Shown: piece after piece, positions 1-8,748 of the stretch
Layout of the letters: each line of letters begins with the position of its first letter
Numbering within the stretch: the first letter of the stretch is position 1
NCBI GenBank assembly: GCA_031409335.1
Contig: JANNWY010000071.1
Coordinates: 1-64,000, forward strand
Reading direction: 5' to 3'
Source of the DNA: Chthoniobacteraceae bacterium
GTDB lineage: Bacteria; Verrucomicrobiota; Verrucomicrobiia; Chthoniobacterales; Chthoniobacteraceae
DNA length: 64,000 nt
Made by a program: the position numbers and the translations under genes
The notes under the pieces: generated by a model
What the model was told of the DNA's origin: nothing
Databases searched by the model: none
What the model saw: the letters and a program-made list of their open reading frames with translations, nothing else

Positions 1-118
1 CCTCGGTCAGCGCGAGAATGGCCTCGAAGCGTACCCACAAATCCGGACGGCGTCGCAGCCTTTCCAGCATCTGTCTTTCACGTTCGGTTCGCGGGTTGGT
101 TCCATTTTTTTGCTTCAT
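1..118 (-). CDS. Partial ORF (runs off the left edge); probable N-terminus of an ISKra4-family-like transposase or IS accessory ORF
   Basis: Hand translation from ATG at 118: MKQKNGTNPRTERERQMLERLRRRPDLWVRFEAILALTE. Resembles my recollection of the 'L.rLr.hP.L..RfeaIL.l.E' start of ISKra4-type elements. Not in the ORF track. Confidence 0.5.
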   Translation of the reverse strand, partial: MKQKNGTNPRTERERQMLERLRRRPDLWVRFEAILALTE

Positions 119-212
119 GGATTTGAGAAGCTAAACACATCTCCCAAAAAGTACATTTCTAGTAATTATAAACCGGCACCGCTGTTTTCATGCACCTCTT
201 TTAATCACACCC
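1..212 (-). mobile_element. Probable end of an insertion sequence
   Basis: AT-rich 120-200 segment. The minus strand from 212 reads GGGTGTGATTAAAAGAGGTGCA, an IR-like end. The neighbouring protein frame degenerates there (..KFRVRFDQ|GVIKRGA*). The partner IR is outside the window. Confidence 0.45.
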
Positions 213-2292
213 TGATCGAATCGCACGCGGAATTTCAGATCGGTCGCACCGATCGGAACGGTCAAAGTTAGAAAGATGCCCGTATCGTCCAGTTCCGTGA
301 GCGTGAATTCGCCCGCATTCTCCGTCACCTGCCCAAACGTCTCGAATCCGCTGAGCAATTGATCTGGAGGTGGAGGTGGCAATACACCAGCGACGGCCAG
401 CGCACGCGGAGCCTGTGCGGCAGCGACCGCGCCGCCTCCGCTCCAAGTATTTCCGAGGAACGGCGAAAAATAGAACCCGTCGCGCCATTCCCCGGCGTTC
501 CCGACGATTCGATGTACCACTCATGCGCTTCGCTGTGCATCGCGAAGAAGTCATCGAAGAAGTCATCGGTTGGACATGTGCCTGTAGATGTCGCATGGGC
601 CGCGCGGTAGCCCGCATCCGGAATGACGATCGGTTCGGAATTCAAAAACCGCGGGACATTCGATGTGGAGGAGGAAAAAATCAGCGAGGGATAAAAGGTC
701 CGCCGATCCGGGATCGTCTCCAGGGCCAGATTGGCCCGGCCGAGCTGAGTATCATATCGCTCGATCCGGCCACCGTGATCTTTCACCCCGGTAATGTGCT
801 CCTTCCGAAACAGCGGCGTGTCGAGCGTCGTCACCAGCAGCTTGGGCATCGCGTTCGCGTGATTCGCAAGCAATCTAGCGGCGCAAGTCGCCACGACAAA
901 TCCGCCCGCACTGTGGCCAACCAAGTGGATCTCTTCAGTAACGGAAATCTTGCCGATGGAGATTTGCGTCTCGATCCAATCCGCCAGAGCCGCACCCTGT
1001 CTGTCAGCGATTTCCCGGATGTATCGGAAGTCGGTGAGTTTCTGTTGAAGGGGAGTCAGCGCATCGTACACCACGGGAGCGAAGATCGGGCCGACCAGTA
1101 AATCCCGCCGCTCGCCGAGTTCAGCCAGCAAGTCTTTGGCCGCCTGATTTCGCGCATTGGTTCCCCGGTATTTTGAGGGGTCGGCGCTCTCACTCCAGTC
1201 GAAGAGCAGCACATTAGGCGGGCCATCTGCGGTGACCGTGAGTTTCGTCTCGATGGCCTCTGCCATCCGCACCATCCAGCCGCCGCAAGGATCGGCGGCG
1301 TCCGGCAATTCGACTCGGTCGATCAGGCCGTGCGCGACCACCAGCAGTCCCGCATTCTTCCGCTCGTCGCGCAGGTTCACTGCCGTCGATCCGTCGCTGT
1401 GGTAAAGTGTACCGGGCTCATTTTTCAAAGTCGTGGTCCTCTGGAGCGGCTGGCCCATTACCGGTGCCTTGTTGAGCGAAAGGAGGGTGAAGGCACTGCC
1501 GATTTTGCCGTTCGCATCGGTCATGGTTACGTCGAGTTGGCCTTGACCGAGAGGGCCACCCACCGGCTCTGCGAGGGTGAGGCTTGTCTGGTTCAAATTA
1601 TTACCACGCCAGCGCCATTGCACGTTGTTGAAAGGTGGCACGCCTCCGATCGCCGCTGCCGTAGCGTTGAGCGTCCACGAAGTTGTGGCACCACTCCCGA
1701 CGCCGATCGGCGGTTGCGCGCTCAGCGTTACATTCAGCGCCGGGCCGATCACTATCGAGCGCGGCGGCGAGGCGATTTGCTGGGTATTGCGCCAATAACC
1801 CGCGCGCAAAGTCGCCGTCACTGGCGTCGCGCTGTAGCCAGTGTGGAGAGTTCGCCCGATCATCCGCGTGTTAGCCGGGCCGCCCGTGACGCTCCAAGTC
1901 GCACGATCGCTCACGTCCTCCGGCGGCCCGTTGGAAAATGTCGCAGTCGCACTCAACGCAATCGCTACTCCGCCACTGACGCCCGGAGGAGCATTCACCG
2001 TCAGCAAGGTCGTAGTCGTATTCCGCGTATCCACCACAAATCCGCCCGACGCCCGGCTCCCGCTCAGCCCCGTCGGCCCTCTTGTGTTTACCGTGAAGCG
2101 ACCCGAAACCGCCACGCCCGTCGCACCCGGCGTCAGCGTATTGAGCACAAATTGGAGCGACACCGCCGTGCCCGTGCCGCCAGGCGTCAGCGTGTTCAGT
2201 TCGAAAGGGGGCGATTCATCGAAATTCGCGGCGGTGCCGACGCGTGTCAGCACCCACAGGATCGATAGGAGAATAGCGAGCCGTCGCATCAT
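188..2292 (-). pseudogene. Secreted multidomain protein (N-terminal repeats, Ig-like region, alpha/beta-hydrolase domain); frameshifted near 490 and probably IS-truncated at 212
   Basis: Signal peptide MMRRLAILLSILWVL, lipase-like LVVAHG and IHLVGHSAGG (GxSxG). ORFs 325..2292 and 188..520 join into ..HEWYIESSGTPGEWRDGFYFSPFLGN.. if one C is added to the C4 run at 490-493. Confidence 0.65.
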
Positions 2293-3224
2293 GCAGGGAA
2301 AGGGTTGGCGCGGGAATGTGACACGGGCTTTCCAGCCCGTGGTCCACCCGGCTCACAGCCTGTCAGGGCTGTGCTGATTTCCTCTTCTGCGACGGGGTTG
2401 AGAAGTGCGCCTTTGGCGGGGTGGGACTCACAGGCTGGAAAGCCTGTGTCACTCTTTTGCCAGAGATAGTATTCGTCTTCCTTCAGCCGCGCTTTTACCG
2501 GGTTTTCGGCAAGGTATCGCTGGAAGTGCGCGAGCTGCTCGCTGCTCCGCACGGTGTGATCGAAATTCTCATCCATCCACAGCGGCCCCGTCCGCCCGAG
2601 CACCCGATTGATCTCCCGCGCGCTAAATCCCTTCCACGATTGCAGGATGCTGGAGAGTGAATGCGAAAGTGACACAGGCTTTCCAGCCTGTGGTCCAAAA
2701 CCCTCCCCGCCCGACAGGGCGACACTCTTTCCTTCCTCACCTGCCGGTGGGGGAAGTGCGCCTTCGGCGGCGTGGGGATCACGGGCTGGAAAGCCCGTGG
2801 CACTATCACAGCCTGGAAAGGCTGTGTCACCTTCACAGATCGGCGTCACCAGCACATGCACGTGATTCGGCATGATGACCGCCCCATCGAGTTCATACCG
2901 CTCTCCGTTGAAAAAATGCAGCGTCCCGGAAAGGATGCTGCGCACGTCCGGGCGGCGCAGGACGCATGAGCCGTGGCCCGCATCCAGCCAGTGCTCGATA
3001 CGGTCGATAGATTCGCGCTGATAATCCGCCTGCACGCGCGGCGTCCACGGCTGCGGATTCAGCGCCAGCCAGCGTTCGCGGTCATCCTGCCATTCGCGGA
3101 GTTGCGACACCGGCAGCGAATCCGCGAGCCGCCAGGTGACGAAGTAAGTGCAACCCGCCTGCTCCCAATGAGGCAGATTCCGCCGCCGCTTCGCGATGTG
3201 CGCCGACTTATCGAGCGGCTTCAT
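2289..3224 (-). CDS. REP-associated tyrosine transposase (RAYT; Y1/HUH, IS200-like)
   Basis: RRNLPHW, YFVTWRLADSLP, HUH motif MPNHVH, SWKGFSA, LWMDENFDHTVR and catalytic Tyr in RYLAENP. Surrounded by REP hairpins. Confidence 0.9.
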   Translation of the reverse strand: MKPLDKSAHIAKRRRNLPHWEQAGCTYFVTWRLADSLPVSQLREWQDDRERWLALNPQPWTPRVQADYQRESIDRIEHWLDAGHGSCVLRRPDVRSILSGTLHFFNGERYELDGAVIMPNHVHVLVTPICEGDTAFPGCDSATGFPARDPHAAEGALPPPAGEEGKSVALSGGEGFGPQAGKPVSLSHSLSSILQSWKGFSAREINRVLGRTGPLWMDENFDHTVRSSEQLAHFQRYLAENPVKARLKEDEYYLWQKSDTGFPACESHPAKGALLNPVAEEEISTALTGCEPGGPRAGKPVSHSRANPFPA

Positions 3225-3453
3225 CGGCTAAAATGTGACACAGGCTTTCTAGCCTGTGAATGTGACACGGGCTTTCCAGCCCGTGATCCCCACTCCGCCC
3301 AAAGCGCACTTCTCCCCGAAATCGCGCACCCGAGGAAAATGAGTGCGCCTTCGGCGGTTGGTTTTGGATCACGGCCTGGAAAGGCCGTGTCACATTTCGG
3401 ACCACGGGCTGGAAAGCCCGTATCACAATGTGGCTCAGGCTTTCCAGACTGAG
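2318..3453. repeat. Ten copies of a 24-bp REP hairpin, consensus GTGACACRGGCTTTCCAGCCYGTG, in both orientations, forming REPIN-like doublets
   Basis: Copies start at 2318, 2429(rc), 2669, 2780(rc), 2807(rc), 3235, 3262, 3370(rc), 3403(rc), 3430. Doublets at 2318-2452, 2669-2803 and 3262-3393. Confidence 0.92.
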
Positions 3454-3531
3454 ATCGAAAGGCCGGGTCACAGGGTTTGCGGGCGCGTCGCACGGCTTCT
3501 GGCAAAGGGGAAGAGGGTCGGAAGCAAAAAA

Positions 3532-4707
3532 CTAAAGGCCACGAACACACCGGAAACCGAATGAATTGCCTGAGTTGAGCGGGTTAGCGAGGCCCCGAAA
3601 CGCGCAGCGCATAGAGGAAGAGGAAGAGGAGCCTGCGCCGTCGCCCCATCCACCGCCACGAATAACTCGGTAGGTACTAGGTGACGAGCCTCGGGGATTC
3701 GATCCAGCGTTGGGATCACTATAATATGAGCTTCCATACCAATCCCAGCACCACTCGTGCACGTTGCCGGACATGTCGTAGATCACGTAGCTATTCGCCA
3801 TATCTGGACCGACGGGAATCTGCGAACCGTTGTAGTAGCCGACCGGAGCGGTCGCAGGATTGCCACCTTCATACGGATCGCCGCTGCTGGAATAGTTTGC
3901 ATTGAAGTTTGAGAGCGAGTTTCCCCACGGATAATTGAGTTGCGTGTTCCCACCGCGGGCGGCTTTTTCCCACTCGGCCTCCGTTGGGAGGCGGTAGCCG
4001 TTAGCGGTCCATTTCACTTGGGCATTGGTGATTGACGTGTTTCCGGCCTTGTAGATGAGTGTCTGCGCGTCATCGGTGTAGTAACACGGCGTGAGACCTT
4101 CCTTTTGCGAGCGGGCATTGCACCATTTCACCATGTCATACCAAGAAATGCTTACGATTGGGTGGCTCTGCCCCGCCGCAGTTCCACCGGACATAGTATA
4201 ACCATTCGACGCGGCCCACGTCCTCACATTGGAAAACAGTGCCGAAGTCACCTCAAAACGATCCATAAAAAAGGCGTCGGTGAAAACGTTGTGGATGGGA
4301 CTTTCGTTCACTGCGGTGGAGCCCATCGAAAACGTCCCCAGCGGCACATAGACCATGCCGGCGGGCGGGGCGAGGCCGTCGTGGGCGGTGACTTTCACGC
4401 GCGTCTGCGCGGAATACTGGCCGTCCCAATCGAAGCCCGCATTCCACACCGCCGCCCGATTCGCGCCCGGCGTGACGCCGCTGCCGACCGCCCCGGTGAA
4501 GGTGAACGCGGGCACGGAGTAGGTGGTGCCGTTGTCATTCGAGACCTGAATCTCGACCGTGAGCGCGTCGCCATCGGCATCCGCGACATCGTAGTAGATA
4601 TCCACCAGCTTCGTCCCCGCCCGCTGCAAGGCGCGGATATTCGAGACGACGGGAGCGGCGGCGTGGGCGAGCGTGGCGGCGAGCAGGAGCGCGAGGAGCG
4701 TCTTCAT
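3532..4707 (-). CDS. Secreted formylglycine-generating-enzyme (SUMF1/FGE-sulfatase) domain protein
   Basis: Signal peptide; FSMGS, EVT, YRLPTEAEWEKAARGG, YDMSGNVHEWCWD, RVIRGGGW, GFRCVR. Confidence 0.9.
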   Translation of the reverse strand: MKTLLALLLAATLAHAAAPVVSNIRALQRAGTKLVDIYYDVADADGDALTVEIQVSNDNGTTYSVPAFTFTGAVGSGVTPGANRAAVWNAGFDWDGQYSAQTRVKVTAHDGLAPPAGMVYVPLGTFSMGSTAVNESPIHNVFTDAFFMDRFEVTSALFSNVRTWAASNGYTMSGGTAAGQSHPIVSISWYDMVKWCNARSQKEGLTPCYYTDDAQTLIYKAGNTSITNAQVKWTANGYRLPTEAEWEKAARGGNTQLNYPWGNSLSNFNANYSSSGDPYEGGNPATAPVGYYNGSQIPVGPDMANSYVIYDMSGNVHEWCWDWYGSSYYSDPNAGSNPRGSSPSTYRVIRGGGWGDGAGSSSSSSMRCAFRGLANPLNSGNSFGFRCVRGL

Positions 4708-4779
4708 TCCGCCGAGAGTGCCACAGGCGCTCTTGCCTGGGAAACTTTTTGCATCGCCGCCGGGCAGCCAGCGGCTGGA

Positions 4780-6126
4780 TCAGTCCCACAGCCGCGCGAC
4801 CGCCTTTTCCACTCCCGTGAAAAGCTGATCGAGTTCTTCGCGCGTGATGATGAGCGGTGGGGAGATGGCGAGCAGGTCGCGGATTCCGCGCACGATGACG
4901 CCTTCTTCGCGGGCGAGTTTTGCGCCGCGGATGCCGAGCATCGTCGTGGGTGTGAGCGCGGCTTTGCCTGCGCGCGGGAGGAGTTCGAGTGCGCCGATGA
5001 GGCCGTGGCCGCGCACTTCGCCGATGGCGGGATGGCCCGCGAAGGACTGGAGCTTTTTCTGAAAATACGGGCCGGTGTCGTCGCGCACGCGCTCGACGAG
5101 TTTGTCGCGCTCGATGACTTCGATATTGGCGAGCCCGGCGATGCAGCTCGTGGGGTGGCCGCTGTAGGTGAAGCCGTGCGCGAGGTAGCCGCCGTGGACG
5201 AACACTTCCGCGATTTCGTCGCACACCATCGTGGCACCGAGCGGCAGGTAGCCGCTGGTGAGGCCTTTCGCGAGGACGAGGAAGTCTGGGTCGAGGTCCC
5301 ACAGCTCGCTGGCAAACCACGCGCCGAGGCGACCGAAGCCAGTGATGACTTCATCGGCAACGAAGAGGATGTCGTGTTTGCGCGCGAGTTCGCGGAGCGC
5401 TTTGAGGTAACCGGCGGGTGGTACGATGACGCCGCCCGCGCCCTGGATCGGCTCGGCGAAAATCGCGGCGATTGTGGCGGGATCTTCGCGCAGGATGATG
5501 CGTTCCGTTTCCTCAATGCACCACTGACCGTAAGCCACGGCGTCGCTTTCGCGATTGGCCGCGTATGCGTTCGGGCCGGGGACGTGGATGAAGCCGGGGA
5601 GCGGCAGATCGAACGGCAGGTAACAGCTCGGCAGCCCGGTCATGCTCGTCGTCGCGAGCGTCACGCCGTGGTAGGCAAATTCGCGCGTGATGATCTTCGT
5701 CTTGCCGGCTTTGCCGCGCAGTTTTTGGTAGCTGCGGATGAGCTTCAGCGCGGTCTCGTTGGCCTCGGAGCCGGAGTTGCTGAAGATGGTGTGATTGAGC
5801 TTTGGCGGCGCGAGCGACGCGAGTTTTCCAGCGAGCTGGATCGCGGGCGCGGTGGTGCTGTTGAAAAACGACGGATAGAACGGAAGCCGCCGCATCTGCG
5901 CGGTCACGGCATCGACGATTTCCTTGCAGTTGTAGCCCACATTTACGCACCAAAGTCCGGCGAGCCCATCGAGCAGCCTGCGTCCTTTTGAGTCGTGAAG
6001 GAACACGCCTTCGCCGCTTTCGATGATGTGCGTGCCAGCGGCGTGCAGGTCGTCGTGATTGGTGAACGGATGCAAATAGTGCCGCGCATCCATTTGCTGG
6101 AGAGCTTCCTGGGTGATCGCTTTCAT
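4780..6126 (-). CDS. Class III PLP aminotransferase (omega-amine/putrescine:pyruvate type)
   Basis: Start MKAITQE at 6126; LDGLAGLWCVNVG, SGSEANE, YHG, AEPIQGAGG, DEVITGFGR, AKGLTSGYLP, HGFTYSGHP. Confidence 0.9.
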   Translation of the reverse strand: MKAITQEALQQMDARHYLHPFTNHDDLHAAGTHIIESGEGVFLHDSKGRRLLDGLAGLWCVNVGYNCKEIVDAVTAQMRRLPFYPSFFNSTTAPAIQLAGKLASLAPPKLNHTIFSNSGSEANETALKLIRSYQKLRGKAGKTKIITREFAYHGVTLATTSMTGLPSCYLPFDLPLPGFIHVPGPNAYAANRESDAVAYGQWCIEETERIILREDPATIAAIFAEPIQGAGGVIVPPAGYLKALRELARKHDILFVADEVITGFGRLGAWFASELWDLDPDFLVLAKGLTSGYLPLGATMVCDEIAEVFVHGGYLAHGFTYSGHPTSCIAGLANIEVIERDKLVERVRDDTGPYFQKKLQSFAGHPAIGEVRGHGLIGALELLPRAGKAALTPTTMLGIRGAKLAREEGVIVRGIRDLLAISPPLIITREELDQLFTGVEKAVARLWD

Positions 6127-6216
6127 GTTCTTACTCAACCACCGGAGCGGTGAAGAAACAAGGTGCGCGGCATTTTCGGGATTGGATGTGGCTGCGATTC
6201 GTTGAATCCTGGACGC

Positions 6217-7026
6217 GTGCCAGACGACCTCGCCTTTGTGCAATCGGACCTCGCGCCCGGCGATGCTCGCGCCGCCGGGCTCGATGTGTCTGCGTTTCAG
6301 TTCGACCGCATTCGCGGAATCGACGATCCACTTTTCGACCTCGCGTACGCGGCGCTCTGGGCGGAGTTCGGTGGGGGCAATGAGATGGAACGCCGCGAAA
6401 CTCTCGCGCTGCGATTCGCGCTCGCGCCGCGCATTCTCTACGAAATGATCCTCGTGCGCCGCGGCGAAGAATTCATCGGCGCGCGCGATCACACCGCGAT
6501 TGTCGCGCGCGATGGGTCGCAGGCGGTCGTCCATCTCTCTCACAATCTCCTCGCGCCAGCGGCGCGTCGCACGGGCTTGGGCGGATGGATGCGCGCCTTT
6601 CCGATCCAGACTGCGCGTGAGTGTCTGGGGGGGGAAAGCGCGCCGATCGATCTGATCTCGGAGATGGAATACGACGACGGCATTGATCCGCAGCGGGCGA
6701 TCCGGCTGCGCGCCTATGAGAAGGCGGGCTTTGTGAAAATGGATCCGCAGTCGGTGGATTATCATCAGCCCGATTTCCGCGCGCCGGCCGAGATCGACGC
6801 CTGCGGCGGCGCGCAGCCCCTGCGATTTCAACTGGTGATCCGTCGCGTCGGTCGCGAACACGAGACGACGATTCGCGGCGGGGAAATCCGCATGCTGGTG
6901 CAATCGCTCTACGACATCTACGGCCCGCAATTTCGCCCGCAGGACATGGCGCATCCGTTGCTCGACATCGCGCGCCTTCCCGCCGCGGATGCGATCGTGC
7001 CGCTGCTCCCGCCGACGCAATGCTGA
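6217..7026 (+). CDS. Hypothetical protein with GNAT-like acetyl-CoA-binding motifs
   Basis: ARRTGLGG (motif A-like) and AYEKAGF (motif B-like). Start uncertain (GTG 6217 or 6163); overlaps the next gene. Confidence 0.6.
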   Translation: MPDDLAFVQSDLAPGDARAAGLDVSAFQFDRIRGIDDPLFDLAYAALWAEFGGGNEMERRETLALRFALAPRILYEMILVRRGEEFIGARDHTAIVARDGSQAVVHLSHNLLAPAARRTGLGGWMRAFPIQTARECLGGESAPIDLISEMEYDDGIDPQRAIRLRAYEKAGFVKMDPQSVDYHQPDFRAPAEIDACGGAQPLRFQLVIRRVGREHETTIRGGEIRMLVQSLYDIYGPQFRPQDMAHPLLDIARLPAADAIVPLLPPTQC

Positions 7027-7964
7027 CGGTCTTTTTCCATCCCGGCTATGCCGCGCCGATCGGGCAGCACATCATGCCGATCGGAAAATTCGGCCTCGTC
7101 GCGGATCGGCTCCGCGACGCGAAAGACATCCGCCTCGCCGAACCGCAACCGCTCGCGGAGGCTGATCTGCACAGGGTTCACACGCGGGAATACACTGCAG
7201 CGATCAAGACCGGCGAGCCGCGCGCCCTTGCGGAATCGCAGAAATTCCCGTGGTCGCCGGAGCTGTTTCCGAGCGTGCTGCTCACCGGCGGCGGCTGTCT
7301 CGCCGCCGCGCGGCAGGCTTTGCGCGATGGTGTTTCCGCGGCGCTGGTGAGCGGGTTTCATCACGCGTGCGCGGATCACGGCGAAGGCTTCTGCACGTTC
7401 AACGGCCTCGTCGTTTCCCTCGAAACGATGCGCGCCGCTGGCGAGATCCAGACGGCGGCGGTGCTCGACATGGATTTGCACTACGGAAACGGAACCGCGC
7501 AACTGGCGGCGTCGCGCCCGTGGCTGTTCGCGGTGTCGATTTACGGGAACGATTATTGGGAAAACATTCCGTATCGCGATGTCACGACGCGCCATCACGA
7601 CGACGGCAAAAATCATCGCTCATTCGCGCTGCGCGAGGGTTGCGATCGCGCGGAAATGTTTCGCGTGTTGGACGATGCGCTGCCGCTGATCGCCGCGCGA
7701 AAGCCGGACGTGCTGATTTACCAGGCCGGGGCCGATCCGTATTTCGAAGATCCGTATTCGCCGCTCGCGCTCGATCACGCCGATCTGCGGGCGCGGGACG
7801 CGCGCGTGTTTGCCTTTGCGAAAGAGCAGGGGATACCCATCGCCTGGGTGCTCGCAGGTGGATACACCGAAGACGTGAGCAAAGTCGTGCGCGTCCACCT
7901 CGGCACGTTCGAAGCGTGGCGCGAAATTTTCGTGTGCGACGGACAGGCGTTGGCCAGCTTTTGA
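7020..7964 (+). CDS. Histone deacetylase family (Zn-dependent amidohydrolase)
   Basis: GFHHA, GEGFCTFN, DMDLHYGNGT, YQAGADP, GGY. Confidence 0.92.
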   Translation: MLTVFFHPGYAAPIGQHIMPIGKFGLVADRLRDAKDIRLAEPQPLAEADLHRVHTREYTAAIKTGEPRALAESQKFPWSPELFPSVLLTGGGCLAAARQALRDGVSAALVSGFHHACADHGEGFCTFNGLVVSLETMRAAGEIQTAAVLDMDLHYGNGTAQLAASRPWLFAVSIYGNDYWENIPYRDVTTRHHDDGKNHRSFALREGCDRAEMFRVLDDALPLIAARKPDVLIYQAGADPYFEDPYSPLALDHADLRARDARVFAFAKEQGIPIAWVLAGGYTEDVSKVVRVHLGTFEAWREIFVCDGQALASF

Positions 7965-7965
7965 A

Positions 7966-8742
7966 ATGCCACCGACCGAAATCATCGGCCTCGCCGCCGC
8001 AGCCGCGCTGGCTGGCGCGATCAATGCCATCGCGGGCGGCGGCACCTTGGTCACGTTTCCCGCGCTGCTTTTTTTCGGCACCGGGCCGATCGTCGCGAAT
8101 GCCACGAGCACCGTCGCGCTCGTCATTGGCACCGCCGGGAGCATCTTCGGTTTTCGCCAGCAAATGCGCGCGATGTGGCCGTGGTTCGTGCGGTTCGCGT
8201 TGGTCAGCGGCGTCGGCGGATTCCTCGGCAGCTTGCTGCTGACGCGCACCGATCCTGGCGCGTTCGAGCGACTCGTCCCGTTTCTCATTTTGTTCGCGAC
8301 GATCCTTTTTCTTGCGCAGGGCGCGTTCCGACGGTTCGCGGGATTTGGTGGAAACGCGGACGGATCGCTCGTGCATGAGCGCCATGTTTCGATCGCGGTG
8401 GTGTTTCAATTCGCCGTGTCCGTTTACGGCGGCTACTTCGGCGCGGGCATCGGCATCCTGATGCTCGCCTCGCTCGGCTTCCTCGGCCTGCGCGACATTC
8501 ACCAGATCAATGCGCTGAAAAACGCGCTCGGCTCGCTCATCAATGTCGTCGCCGCCGTGTGGTTCATCGCCAGCGGACTCATCGACTGGCCGAAAGCCGG
8601 CGTGATGACGGTCGGCGCACTTGCCGGATATTTCGTCGGCGCGCACTTTTCACAACGCATCCCGCAAGTCGCCACGCGCCGACTCATCACCGGCATCGGC
8701 TTCACGATTTCCGCGGTGATGTTTTACCGCCAGTTCCGCTGA
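7966..8742 (+). CDS. TauE/SafE family membrane exporter
   Basis: AGAINAIAGGGTLVTFPAL, YGGYFGAGIG, INALKN; multiple TM helices. Confidence 0.88.
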   Translation: MPPTEIIGLAAAAALAGAINAIAGGGTLVTFPALLFFGTGPIVANATSTVALVIGTAGSIFGFRQQMRAMWPWFVRFALVSGVGGFLGSLLLTRTDPGAFERLVPFLILFATILFLAQGAFRRFAGFGGNADGSLVHERHVSIAVVFQFAVSVYGGYFGAGIGILMLASLGFLGLRDIHQINALKNALGSLINVVAAVWFIASGLIDWPKAGVMTVGALAGYFVGAHFSQRIPQVATRRLITGIGFTISAVMFYRQFR

Positions 8743-8748
8743 ACGCGG

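Noticed and set aside
2318..3453. CRISPR array interpretation of the 24-bp repeats
   Set aside because: Copies alternate in orientation, spacing is irregular, spacers resemble each other, there are no cas genes, and a RAYT is present.
3532..3700. Complete diversity-generating retroelement
   Set aside because: No reverse transcriptase, Avd or template repeat is visible in the window.
4105..5991. 628-aa plus-strand ORF and similar long antisense ORFs (10866-12332, 23597-25294, 29877-30932)
   Set aside because: Shadows of well-supported genes on the opposite strand in GC-rich DNA; no motifs.
6127..7020. N-terminal extension making a 746-aa aminotransferase
   Set aside because: It overlaps the plus-strand GNAT-like gene; family similarity starts at MKAITQE (6126).
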